Below, piece by piece: positions 13,421-25,700 of a stretch of DNA of 64,000 nt. This DNA comes from Octopus vulgaris (lineage: Eukaryota). A model generated the notes under the pieces. That model was not told the DNA's origin. It ran no database searches and saw only the letters and a program-made list of their open reading frames with translations. Within the stretch, counting starts at the first letter, position 1. Every line of letters starts with the position of its first letter. The stretch is from positions 7,626,001 to 7,690,000 of the forward strand of contig OX597843.1 in the NCBI GenBank assembly GCA_951406725.2. Reading direction: 5' to 3'. A program made the translations under genes and the position numbers.

Positions 13421-14370
13421 ATAATATTAGGGAATAAATCCAAACTTACAGGGAAAAATTAGATTTAGGATTAAATCCATGATATATAAATATAAATAAA
13501 TAAATTAATTAATTAATAAATAAAATAATATATAAATATAAAAATATACATACATATATATATATATTTGTATATATATATATAAAATTTATAAGTTTAA
13601 ATTATTTAGATAATTTTTTATTTTCAACTTTTATATTTTTAAATTAATTTTATGTATTGGCTTATGTTTTTCACTGTTTGATTTGCCTAATAGTGGTCTT
13701 ATCTCTAATTTAATATAATATAATATATATATATATATATGTGTGTGTGTACACGATGGGCTTCTTTCAATTTCCGTTTACAATGGTTTGGTCGGCCCGA
13801 TTCTCTAATAGAAAACACTTATATCCAAGGTGACACACAGCGGGACTGAACCCGGAACAATCTGATTGGGGAACAAACTTATTTTACTGAACGCTTATTT
13901 CAAAGTGCTACCGTTTTAGACCTTTTAACCATGGAAGCACTCCGTCGGTTACGACGACGAGGGTTCCGGTTGATCCGAATCAACGGAACAGCCTGCTCGT
14001 GAAATTAACGTGTAAGTGGCTGAGCACTCCACAGACACGTGTACCCTTAACGTAGTTCTCGGGGATATTCAGCGTGACACAGAGAGTGACAAGGCCGGCC
14101 CTTTTGAAATACAGGTACAACAGAAACAGGAAGTAAGAGTGAGAGAAAGTTGTGGTGAAAGAGTACAGCAGGGACCACCACCATCCCCTGCCGGAGCCTC
14201 ATGGAGCTTTTAGGTGTTTTCGCTCAATAAACACTCACAACGCCCGGTCTTGGAATCGAAACCGCGATCCTACGACCGCGAGTCCGCTGCCCTAACCACT
14301 GGGCCATTACGCCTCCACCTTTTAAGCAGTACTATTTTTATATAGCAAGAAATATTATGGAAAGCCTTAC

Positions 14371-14493
14371 CTTTGAAATAAAGAATCTTCGGTGTATATA
14401 GGTGGAATGGCAGTTGGTTTCAATGTGCTTCACTTTGATGGTACCAAATGTCTCAGTATTCTTTTCATCCGGCCAATACTGCATATATTTCGT
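14371..14493 (-). CDS. RPTP exon: PTP D1 (TKYMQYWPDEKNTETFGTIKVKHIETNCHSTYIHRRFFISK)
   Basis: Acceptor ttggcag, donor GTAAGG, 123 bp, YWP...FG.I.V motif. Confidence 0.93.
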
Positions 14494-14669
14494 CTGCCAA
14501 AAAATGCTACTTTATTATTTTCATAATTAAACTGAGATGGAGAGGATGCTCATTCCATAATTAGACATTTTTAATTACTGAAAAACCGCTTTGGTGATTT
14601 TTTTTTTTAATAACTGTATTTCGTATGTGAAGAAAATACGAGAATTGAAATTGGGAAAGTATTGGGAAA

Positions 14670-16055
14670 GGCGAAGTCGACATCGGTGGAATTTGAACTC
14701 AGAACGTAGCGGCAGACGAAATACCTATTTCTTTACTATCCACAAGGGGCTAAACATAGTGGGGACAAACAAGAACGGACATAGATATTAAGTCGATTGC
14801 ATCGACCCCAGTGCGTAACTGGTACTTATTTAATCGACCCCGAAAGGATGAAAGGCAAAGTCGACCTCGGCGGAATTTGAACTCAGAACGTAACGGCAGA
14901 CGAAATACTTATTTCTTTATAACACACAAGGGGTTAAACATAGAGGGGACAAACAAGGACGGACATAGATATTAAGTCGATTGCATTGACCCCAGTGCGT
15001 AACTGGTACTTATTTAATCGACCCCGAAAGGATGAAAGGCAAAGTCGACCTCGGCGGAATTTGAACTCAGAACGTAGCGGCAGACGAAATACCTATTTCT
15101 TTACTACCCACAAGGGGCTAAACATAGAGGGGACAAACAAGGACGGACATGGATATTAAGTCGATTGCATCGACCCCAGTGCGTAACTGGTACTTATTTA
15201 ATCGACCCCGAAAAGATGAAAGGCAAAGTCGACCTCGGCGGAATTTGAACTCAGAACGTAGTGGTAGCCGAAATACCTATTTCTTTACTACCAACAAGGG
15301 GCTAAACATAGAGGGGACAAACAAGGACAGACATAGGTATTACGTCGATTGCATCGACCCCAGTGCATAACTGGTACTTATTTAATCGACCCGAAAGGAT
15401 GAAAGGCAAAGTCGACCTCGGCGGAACTTGAACTCAGAACGTAGCGGCAGACGAAATACCTATTTCTTTACTACCCACAAGGGGCTAAACATAGAGGGGA
15501 CAAACAAGGACGGACATGGATATTAAGTCGATTGCATCGACCCCAGTGCGTAACTGGTACTTATTTAATCGACCCCGAAAAGATGAAAGGCAAAGTCGAC
15601 CTCGGCGGAATTTGAACTCAGAACGTAGTGGTAGCCGAAATACCTATTTCTTTACTACCAACAAGGGGCTAAACATAGAGGGGACAAACAAGGACAGACA
15701 TAGGTATTACGTCGATTGCATCGACCCCAGTGCATAACTGGTACTTATTTAATCGACCCGAAAGGATGAAAGGCAAAGTCGACCTCGGCGGAATTTGAAC
15801 TCAGAACGTAGCGGCAGACGAAATACCTATTTCTTTACTACCCACAAGGGGCTAAACATAGAGGGGACAAACAAGGACAAAGGGATTAAGAAGTCGATTA
15901 CATCGACCCCAGTGCGTAACTGGTACTTATCTAATCGACCCCGAAAAGATGAAAGGCAAAGTGGACCTCGGTGGAATTTGAACTCAGAACGTAACGGCAG
16001 ATGAAATACCGCAAAGCATTTCGCCCGGCGTGCTAACGATTCTGCCAGCTCGCCG
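14670..16055 (-). repeat. Tandem array (~184-bp unit) of a Nin/Deu-domain-like SINE (family D). Related arrays or copies at about 10440-10950, 12585-12815, 26971-27200
   Basis: Unit contains GCCTTTCATCCTTTCGGGGTCGAT..A.TAAGTACCAG (Nin-domain-like) and B-box GAGTTCAAATT. Confidence 0.8.
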
Positions 16056-16329
16056 TCTTTAACTGTCACAATATAGAAACATTTCTCATAGCACCAACAC
16101 ACAATTTACAGATGCTTTTTAATAATTTCCGCGAATTTTTCACGGATCCAGGTAGTACGATATTAATGCTATAAAATTATAATTAAAATCTGTATTTTTT
16201 ACAACGAGTGGCTGTGTGGTAAGTAGCTTGCTAACCAACCACATGGTTCCGGGTTCAGTCCCACTGCGTGGCACCTTGGGCAATGCCTTGTGAGTGGATT
16301 TGGTAAACGGAAACTGAAAGAAGCCTGTC

Positions 16330-16385
<56 letters not shown>

Positions 16386-16632
16386 GTGTGTATGTATTTG
16401 CGTGTGTGTGTTTGTCTCCCTAGCATCGCTTGACAACCGATGCTGGTGTGTTTACGTCCCCGTCACTTAGCGGTTCGGCAAAAGAAACCGATAGAATAAG
16501 TACTGGGGCTTACAAAAGAATAAGTCCCGGGGGGTCGATTTGCTCGATTAAAGGCAGTGCTCCAGCATGGCCGCAGTCAAATGACTGAAACAAGTAAAAG
16601 TGTAAAAGAGTAAAAAGAGTAAAAGAGTATAC

Positions 16633-16730
16633 CTTTCCTGAGACATTCATATCTTTTAGTAGAACAATAGTATTACATTTTAATTGCCAAATCATCCTCC
16701 AAAAGTCAGTCACTGTACTTTGTGTAGGAC
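16633..16730 (-). CDS. RPTP exon: PTP D1 (PTQSTVTDFWRMIWQLKCNTIVLLKDMNVSGK)
   Basis: Acceptor gaatag, donor GTATAC, 98 bp, TxxDFWRMIW motif. Confidence 0.95.
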
Positions 16731-17424
16731 CTATTCAAATAAAAGAAGTATAAAATAACACTGAATCAGAAATATTTAAAGAAATTTTTATAGGCGCAGG
16801 AGTGGCTGTGTGGTAAGTAGCTTGTTTACCAGCCACATGGTTCCGGGTTCAGTCCCACTGCGTGGCACCTTGGGCAAGTGTCTTCTGCTATAGTCTCGGG
16901 CCGACCAAAGCCTTGTGAGTGGATTTGGTAGACGGAAACTGAAAGAAGCCCATCGTATATGTGTATATATATATATGCAGGAGTGGCTGTGTGGTAAGTA
17001 GCTTGTTTACCAACCACATGGTTCCGGGTTCAGTCCCACTGCGTGGCACCTTGGGCAAGTGTCTTCTGCTATAGTCTCGGGCCGACCAAAGCCTTGTGAG
17101 TGGATTTGGTAGACGGAAACTGAAAGAAGCCCGTCGTATATATGTATATATATATGCATGTGTATGTTTGTGTGTCTGTGTTGGTGTGTCTGTGTTTGTC
17201 CCCTTAGCATTGCTTGACAACCGATGCTGGTGTGTTTATGTCCCCGTTACTTAGCAGTTCGGCAAAAGAGACCGATAGAATAAGTACTGGGCTTACAAAA
17301 AGAATAAGTCCCGGGGTTGAGTTGCTCCAGCATGGCCGCAGTCAAATAACTGAAACAAGTAAAGAGTAAAGAGTATTATTCCCTTTATTCTATTCATTTT
17401 AAAATTTCCTTGTTATTTGTCATT

Positions 17425-18550
17425 ATCATCATTGTTCGACCGTGGTCGAGACAATGGAATTTACTCTGCTACGCCAGAATTCACGGTCCATCATGGCATT
17501 ACGGAGGTCCTGTTGCTGGATGCCTGTATCCCTGGAGATTACATCAGAATAGGAGAGTGTGCGCCTTCTGGTATCGCGACCGTGGTCGAGACAATGGAAT
17601 TTACTCTGCTACGCCAGACTTCACAGTCCATCATGGCATTACGGAAGTCCTGTTGCTGGATGCCTGTATCCCTGGAGATTACATCAGGGTAGGAGAGTGT
17701 GCGCCCTCTGGTATCGCGACCGTGGTCGAGACAATGGAATTTACTCTGCTATGCCAGACTTCACGGTCCATCATGGCATTACGGAGGTCCTGTTGCTGGA
17801 TGCCTGTATCCCTGGAGATTACATCAGAGTAGGAGAGTGTGCACCCTCTGGTATTGCGAGTAGATGGCTTCCAGAGGAGAAGAGTAGAAATTACCTCGTT
17901 TTCAGCTCTGCAACAATGTCCAGCAAACTGGACTCTTCTACGTGTCTGGACTTTTAACGTGTCTCTGTGTGTGTGTGTGTTTATATGTGTGTGTATGTGT
18001 GTATTTGTATATATATGTATATATATATATCATCATCATTGTTCGACCGTGGTCGAGACAATGGAATTTACTCTGTTACGCCAGACTTCATGGTCCATCA
18101 TGGCATTACGGAGGTCCTGTTGCTGGATGCCTGTATCCCTGGAGATTACATCAGAATAGGAGAGTGTGCGCCCTCTGGTATTGCGAGTAGATGGCTTCCA
18201 GAGGAGAAGAGTAGAAATTACCTCATTTTCAGCTCTACAACAATGTCCAGCAAAGTGGACTCTCCTACCTTTCACAAGAGATGACACAGGTGGTAGTTTT
18301 CCATATATTTGTACTTTGGTTGGATGATGCTTCCACGAGAGATTTTGAGCTCTCATAAGGAGGCGAGTGTAAGTTCCATCCAACCGCCTCTGAAGCTTCT
18401 TTGATAACGTTCAGGTTTCTGAGCCATATAATAGAACTGGTTCGACTGTGGCTTTGAAGATTTCAAGTTTGAAGTCTCTACTTAGATTTGATGACCAGAT
18501 CTTATGCATGTCATTACAGGCTGACCAGGCTATATCCTTTCTAGTTAGAA
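17425..18550 (-). mobile_element. RTE-like LINE 3' portion with tandem-duplicated tail
   Basis: Translates to DFLTRKDIAWSACNDMHKIWSSNLSRDFKLEIFKATVEPVLLYGSET and DGTYTRLLMRAQNLSWK. Confidence 0.8.
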
Positions 18551-19218
18551 AATCTTTTCCAGATGATGATATGTATGTATTTATTATTTGTACTAATCTG
18601 GCTAGCATGGTCCTGTACATTATATTTCCCGCAATCAATAAACTCCAAGTCATGCTCATGGCATGAGAATTGCTTTTCAAAGGCTCAAACATTAGAAGCA
18701 ATTGTCTTTGAAAATTGGAGTTACTCCCGTATACACCAAATAGGCCAACAGCTGGGACAAAGGCACATACAGGAGTGGTGATGTGAAACTTCTAAGATCA
18801 CGGTGATTGCTCCATTATGACCATAGATGCATGGCTGAAATGAGTAAAAGAACGTGTCACACTCACAGCGGCACACTCTCTCCCCCTCTCTCACTCACAC
18901 ATACAGAGCCAGACACCTCTCTCTCTCTTTCTCTCTCTGACAACACACATCTCTCGTTTTCTCTCTCTGTTAAACACACTCTCACTAAAAAATAATGTGA
19001 GGAAAATGTAAATACATATTCACACAAAGCAACACACATCTAAAAATCTAAAACATGTAGCACCATCTGTGGAACATAAGTGATATATTTCCGAAGCATA
19101 ACCGAAATCGGATGAAATATATTGATTTTACTTGAGAACAAGCTAATGGTTGGTCACTACGTGATCGCGCGCACACACACATCTTTCGTCTGATACAGTA
19201 TAGATTAATAACACTTAC

Positions 19219-19243
19219 CTTGACAAGCAATATAACGTTGGTT
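19219..19243 (-). CDS. RPTP micro-exon: PTP D1 (NQRYIACQG)
   Basis: Acceptor tttcag, donor GTAAGT, 25 bp, phase 0-1, YIAxQG motif. Confidence 0.9.
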
Positions 19244-20220
19244 CTGAAATGAAACAAAGTTAATTTTTAAAATTATTAACATGTCATTCATTTAATTTTT
19301 AAATATCAAACAATGAAATATATGATTTTATTCACTTTCAAACTTTCATACATTTTAATGGTCATGGTTTTTTCATAGTTTTTGTTATAGCAAATCTTAC
19401 TGTAAGATTATTGCATTTGTAACTCATCTACAATGAGATTGAGCATTGAGGGTTATGAAATAAACACAGTAAGTCCAAAGAAACAGTCGTCATTTATATT
19501 GCTCTCCCACTGACTACACTAGAAAATCTTTATATCTATCTTTATATAGGCGCAGGAGTGGCTGCGTGGTAAGTAGCTTGCTTACCAGCCACATGGTTCC
19601 GGGTTCAGTCCCACTGCGTGGCACCTTGGGCAAGTGTCTTCTAACATAGCCTCAGGCCGACCAAAGCCTTGTGAGTGGATTTGGTAGACGGAAACTGAAA
19701 GAAGCCCGTCGTATATATGTATATATCATCATCATCATCATCATCATCGTTTAACGTCCACTTTCCATGCTAGCATGGGTTAGACGGTTCAACTGGGGTC
19801 TGGGAAGCCAGGAGGCTGCGCCAGGCCCAGTCTGATCTGGCAGTGTTTCTACAGCTGGAAGCCCTTCCTAATGCCAACCACTCCGAGAGTGTAGTGGGTG
19901 ATTTTTATGTGCCACCCGCACAGGTGCCAGGCGAGGCTGGCAACGGCCACAATCGGATGGTGCTTATATATATATATGTTTGTGTGTCTGCGTTTGTTCC
20001 TCCAACATCGCTTGACAACCGATGCTGGTGTGTTTTACGTCCCCGTAACAAAGCGGTTCGGCAAAAGAGACCGATAGAATAAGTACTAGGCTTACAAAGA
20101 ATAAGTCCTAGGGTCGATTTGCTCGATTAAAGGCGGTGCTCCAGCATGGCCCCATGCAAATGACTGAAACAAGTAAAAGAGTAACTTATAGGAGGATAAA
20201 ATGAAAGGGTTTTGACGTAC

Positions 20221-20294
20221 ACAGATGAAGTTTGCATTGATGTAATCTGAGGAAGAAATCTCGTCAGGTTGAAGTCTCACACGTGAATGGTCGT
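20221..20294 (-). CDS. RPTP exon: PTP D1 (YDHSRVRLQPDEISSSDYINANFIC)
   Basis: Acceptor atttcag, donor GTACGT, 74 bp, DxSRVxL and DYINA motifs. Confidence 0.95.
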
Positions 20295-20874
20295 CTGAAA
20301 TATGCAACGAAAAATTATGTATGTTAGTAAGATATTAGGATCTTTTCGGTTTGAACGGCAGTTTTTAACATAATTTCTAGGTAACTAAAAATTTTAAACT
20401 TTGTATACAGGTAGAATGTGTTTATAAAACAACTTTTTCTCTTGGCTTTATTGAGAAAATTCTATAGTTTGTAAGATATTTGTTGTTTTTTTTCTTCAAT
20501 TTCTGCAATTTCAACCAATCAGTGACATCTATTGAGGTAAAAACATTCTGTAGCGTATGAATATGTCCCTTGTTTGGATCTTTTCCTTTTGACCGGCAGT
20601 TTTAAAAAAAATAATTTCCACGTAACTAAACACTTTTAAACTTCGTATACTGGTAGAATGTGTTTATAAAACATCTTTTTCTCTTGGCTTTATTGAGAAA
20701 ATTCTGTAGTTTGTAAGATATTTGTTGTTTTTTTCCTTCAATTTCTGCAATTTCAACCAATCAATGACGTCTATTGGGGTGAGCAACATTCTGTGCCGTA
20801 TGAATATGTCCCTCGTTTAAGAAACAGATTGGATTTATTTACATTTGTGAAGAAAAAAAGATACCCTTCCCCCA

Positions 20875-20925
20875 CCCCTAACCCTAACCCTAACCCTAAC
20901 CCTAACCATAACTAACCCTAACCCT
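20875..20925 (-). repeat. Interstitial (TTAGGG)n telomere-like repeat inside a MITE
   Basis: Run of CCCTAA units on the + strand. Confidence 0.8.
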
Positions 20926-21189
20926 AAAACAGATTGAAATGCAATAGATCGATTCTAGGGTCATAATTATGAGTGACAATTTCATATGACCCCACTAGAA
21001 ATAAATGAGGCATTCTAGATTACTTCGAACATAGAAGTGTCACATAATCCTTTCTAATGAAGGCACACGGCCTTGAAATTTTGCGGGAGGGGACTAGTCA
21101 ATCCATTGATTCCAGTGTTTCACTGGTACTTAATTTATCGTTCCCGAAAAGATGAAGGCAAAATCGACCACGGCAGAATTTGAACTCGG

Positions 21190-21475
21190 AATGTAGCAAC
21201 AGGCAAAATATCGCTAAGTATTTCGTCCAGAAGTGTTACATAATGGAAGAACTTTGTTCAGAATGTAGCAACAGGCAAAATACCGCTAAGTATTTCGTCC
21301 AGAAGTGTTACATAATGGAAGAACTTTGTTCAGAATGTAGCAACAGGCAAAATACCGCTAAGTATTTCGTCCAGAAGTGTTACATAATGGAAGAACTTTG
21401 TTCAGAATGTAGCAACAGGCAAAATACCGCTAAGTATTTCGTCCAGAAGTGTTACATAATGGAAGAACTTTGTTG
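21190..21475. repeat. 72-bp tandem repeat x4, derived from a SINE D-like head
   Basis: Exact 24-codon periodicity in the ORF track. Confidence 0.85.
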
Positions 21476-21690
21476 ATTTTTTTTCATAAATTTTTCTTTC
21501 ATTTTCCAAGTGTTTCGAAATATTTCCCATTAAAATTATTATGATTTCTCATCAATGTTCACCACAACTCTCTGTATCAATTCCGTTATTGTTAGAAAGA
21601 TGAATATTTGCTGAGTTGGAAAGAAAGCTATCTTTTCAGGACATAACAAAGGCATGCATTTTATTTAATTTGTTTTCAATTGTATAGCGA

Positions 21691-22052
21691 ACTAGCAGCA
21701 TAGCCCGGCGTTGCCCGGGTATGTAAGAGCCCCTAGTAGGCAACGACTAATCCCAATCTAGTCCTTTCCCTCTAGGGAACGAAGTCGCATGTGTAGGTTG
21801 CAATATAAAAAGGTCGAGTTGTGTCCCCTTGACAGAAAATGTGTTGCATATAAAAAGCTTAGATTCTCGACCCCATGTCGAATTTATCGATTTTTCTCAG
21901 AACTGGGGGAACTTTTCAAAATTTTCGCTGCGTTAGTTTTGAATTATGACATTGGGCTATGTGTGTGTCAAGTTTCATCAGAATCGGTTGAAAGCTGTGG
22001 TCAGGGTGAGGGTACAACCTGACAGACAAACTGCCGTTTATATAGAGAGAGA
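21691..22052 (-). mobile_element. Non-autonomous Helitron-like element. Related copies at about 26031-26408, 31535-31840, 35154-36066 (two in tandem), and 45759-49342 (split by insertions)
   Basis: Minus-strand 5' TC...TATATA start, 3' GC hairpin CCCG(A/G)GCAACGCCGGG followed by CTAG-T. Confidence 0.75.
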
Positions 22053-22091
22053 TACGAGGCCTTACAATAGATGAATGAAATCAGTAGTTAC

Positions 22092-22179
22092 ATGGAAGTA
22101 TAGTTTTATACTGATTCTTCTTTGCATTCTCAGGTTTCATTGCTTCATTATAAGGCATTGGAAAGAGTTTTGGTAGCCT
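22092..22179 (-). CDS. RPTP exon: PTP D1 motif 1 (RLPKLFPMPYNEAMKPENAKKNQYKTILP)
   Basis: Acceptor ttcacag, donor GTAAC, 88 bp, NxxKNxY..ILP. Confidence 0.92.
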
Positions 22180-24034
22180 CTGTGAATATAGGAAAATTAG
22201 AGTCGCACAGTGTTAGCAATAACATAAATAACAAGAATAAATTACAGAAAATCGTTCATAAATAACATTATTATTAGTGATACATATTTAGAATCTAGTA
22301 AGTAAGAGCGATCTTTTCGGTTTGAACGGCAATTTTTTCTAGCGGTGTCATATGAAATTGTCACCCATAATTATGACCCTAGAATCGATCTATTGCATAT
22401 CAATCTATTTTAGGGTTAGGGTTAGGGGTGGGGGGAAGGGTATCTTTTTTTCTTCACAAATGTAAATAAACCCAATTTGTTTCTTAAACGAGGGACATAT
22501 TCATACGGCACAGAATGTTGCTCACCCCAATAGACGTCATTGATTGGTTGAAATTGAAGAAATTGAAGAAAAAAACAAATATCTTACAAACTATAGAATT
22601 TTCTCAATAAAGCCAAGAGAAAAAGATGTTTTATAAACACATTCTACCAGTATACAAAGTTTAAAAGTGTTTAGTTACCTAGAAATTATGTTGAAAACTG
22701 CCGTTCAAACCGAAAAGATCCAGTAATAGTAATTAATAATAAAGTACTAGCAATATAATTAGTGAAAAGCTATTAACAATATATTTAGCGACTCAATGGT
22801 CTTTGATCTGGGCACAAGAGCAGCATTTTTTGTGGGGGAGTGGAGATAAGTCGATACTCTAGTTCCCAATTTTTTTTGCTATTTTATTTTATCGTCTCCG
22901 AAATGATCAAAGATGATCGCAGTGGGATTTGAACTCAGAATGTAAAGAATTCGATGAAATAACGCAAAGCAATTTTTTCCGACGCAGTAACGATTCTGCC
23001 AGCTTACCACCATTGTCATACAGTAGTGATACGTTTGGAGGCGCAATGGCCCAGTGGTTAGGGCAGCGGACTCACAGTCATAGGATCGCAGTTTCGATTC
23101 CCAGACCGGGGGGGGGCGTTGTGAGTGTTTATTGAGCGAAAACACCTAAAGCTCCACGAGGCTCCGGCAGTGATGGTGGTGATCCCTGCTGTACTCTTTC
23201 ACCACAACTTTCTCTCATTCTTACTTCCTGTTTCTTTTGTACCTGTATTTCAAAGGGCCGGCCTTGTCACTCTCTGTGTCACGCTGAATATCCCCGAGAA
23301 CTACGTTAAGGGTACACGTGCCTGTGGAGTGCTCAGCCACTTACACGTTAATTTCAGGAGCAGGCTGTTCCGTTGATTCGGATCAACCGGAACCCGCGTC
23401 GTCGTAACCGACGGAGTGCTTCCAAGTGATACGTTTAGTAAGAAAGTATTAACTAATAACAATACAGTAAATAATATGGAATGGAAGCACTCCGTCGGTT
23501 ACGACGACGAGGGTTCCGGTTGATCCGAATCAACGGAACAGCCTGCTCGTGAAATTAACGTGTAAGTGGCTGAGCACTCCACAGACACGTGTACCCATAA
23601 CGTAGTTCTCGGGGATATTCAGCGTGACACGGAGAGTGACAAGGCCGGCCCTTTGCGATACAGGTACAACAGAAACAGGAAGGAAGAGTGAGAGAAAGTT
23701 GTGGTGAAAGAGTACAGCAGGGATCACCACCATACCCTGCCGGAGCCTCGTGGAGCTTTTAGGTGTTTTCGCTCAATAAACACTCACAACGCCCCCCCCC
23801 CCCGGTCTGGGAATCGAAACTGCGATCCTATGACTGTGAGTCCGCTGCCCTAACCACTGGGCCATTGCGCCTCCACTGATTCTGTACTAACGATAGCAAA
23901 TAATACATAAGTCAAAAAAACTATCACATTACTCTGAAATAATGATATGTTAATTTATAATGACACGAATAACGATAAAATGGTTTATGAATGAACAAAA
24001 ACTGTTAAAATATTCATAGAAGACAGTCTCTGAC

Positions 24035-24174
24035 CTGGAATTCCTTATTAAATGGTTCCTCTTCCTGTTTTTTATGAGCAACATATTCCAGTAGATTTTG
24101 CCTAAACGAAGAACCGGCCATGATGATGCATATACTCTGGCATTCGTCCAACGGTATTTCTCCAGAGAGATGTG
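24035..24174 (-). CDS. RPTP exon: juxtamembrane/pre-D1 helix (HLSGEIPLDECQSICIIMAGSSFRQNLLEYVAHKKQEEEPFNKEFQ)
   Basis: Acceptor gttatag, donor GTCAGA, 140 bp, phase 1-0. Ends FxxEFQ, as is typical just before PTP D1. Confidence 0.85.
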
Positions 24175-25222
24175 CTATAACAAATAACAATGAATATTAA
24201 TAAGAAAGAATTGCGCAAATATTCTAATATAAATACTTATAAATAAGTAGAAATACGCACTCTGGTGGAGGCACATGGCCTAGTGGTTAGAGCAACGGAC
24301 TTGCGGTTGAGGGATCGTGGGTTCGAATCTCAGACCAGACGATGTGTGTGTGTTTATGGGCGAAACACCTGAGCTCCACACGGCTCCGGCAGAAGGTAAT
24401 GGCGAAACTTCTGCTGACTCTTTCGCCACAACTTTCTCTCACTCTTTCCTTCTGCATCTCGCAGCTTACCTGCGACGGACCGGCGTCCTGTCCAGGTGAG
24501 GAGCCTATACGCCAAGGAAACCGGGAAACCGGCCCTTATGGGTCAGGCAAATAAATCAAGATTTATTTGAAGCAATATGTGGAGGCACATGGCCTAGTGG
24601 TTAGAGAAGCGGACTCGCGGTCGAGGGATCTTGGGTTCGAATCTCAGACCAGACGATGTGTGTGTGTTTATGGGCGAAACACCTAAGCTCCACACAGCTC
24701 CGGCAGAAGGTAATGGTGAAACTTCTGCTGACTCTTTCGCCACAACTTTCTCTCACTCTTTCCTTCTGCATCTCGCAGCTCACCTGCGACGGACCGGCGT
24801 CCTGTCCAGGTGAGGAACCTATACGCCAAGGAAACCGGGAAACTGGCCCTTATGTTGTACCTGTATTTCAAAGGGCCGGCCTTGTCACTCTCTGTGTCAC
24901 GCTGAATATCCCCGAGAACTGCGTTAAGGGTACACGTGTCTGTGGAGTGCTCAGCCACTTGCACGTTAATTTCACGAGCAGGCTGTTCCGTTGATTCGGG
25001 TCAACCGGAACCCTCGTCGTCGTAACCGACGGAGTTCTTCCTTTCCTTGTCATCAATTGAGTATGATCACCCTTTGAACAACTGTAGCCTTAGTGTTTTT
25101 TTTTTTATATATGTCAACATTTTTGGTTCGCAAATGTCCTACATAAACCCGATTCTTTTTGCTTGGCAAGTAGAACATGTAGCGAAAATATTGTTGAAGA
25201 AACTGCGAGTTAATAAACCTAC

Positions 25223-25308
25223 CTGTCTCTTCAGAAATGCCTTCTGATAATATATTTCCCGATATTTTGGGAATTCTCACATCACGTTTTGCAACTGGCC
25301 TTTTTTTC
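25223..25308 (-). CDS. RPTP exon: juxtamembrane (KKRPVAKRDVRIPKISGNILSEGISEET)
   Basis: Acceptor ttctgtag, donor GTAGGT, 86 bp, phase 2-1, matching the TM exon. Confidence 0.82.
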
Positions 25309-25666
25309 CTACAGAAATATAGAAACATTTCATGAACTACCAGTGTGTAAATATCAATGTGGTTCTCTGATTAAAACAAACATGTAAAATATTATACAGT
25401 TACAATTAACATAAAACGTATTATTAATATTAATACACCTCACGTAAGATTACGTTAATTAATTAAAATAATAAAAAAGTGAACAGTACTTTAGGTGCAG
25501 GAGTGGCTGTGTGGTAAGGAGCTTGCCTACCAACCACATGGTTCCGGGTTCAGTCCCACTGTGTGGCACCTTGGGCAAGTGTCTTCTACTATAGCCTCGG
25601 GCCGACCAAAGCCTTGTGAGTGGATTTGGTAGACGGAAGCTGAAAGAAGCCCGTCGCATATATATG

Positions 25667-25700
<34 letters not shown>

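Noticed and set aside
20875-20925. Chromosome end or fusion scar
   Set aside because: Short tract embedded in a dispersed MITE whose other copies carry the same motif.
21180-21476. Cys-containing repeat protein (CSECSNRQ...)
   Set aside because: 72-bp tandem repeat derived from a SINE head, intronic and without splice support.
23036-23110. tRNA gene
   Set aside because: tRNA-like head of a SINE, continuing into SINE body in every copy, with no proper cloverleaf end.
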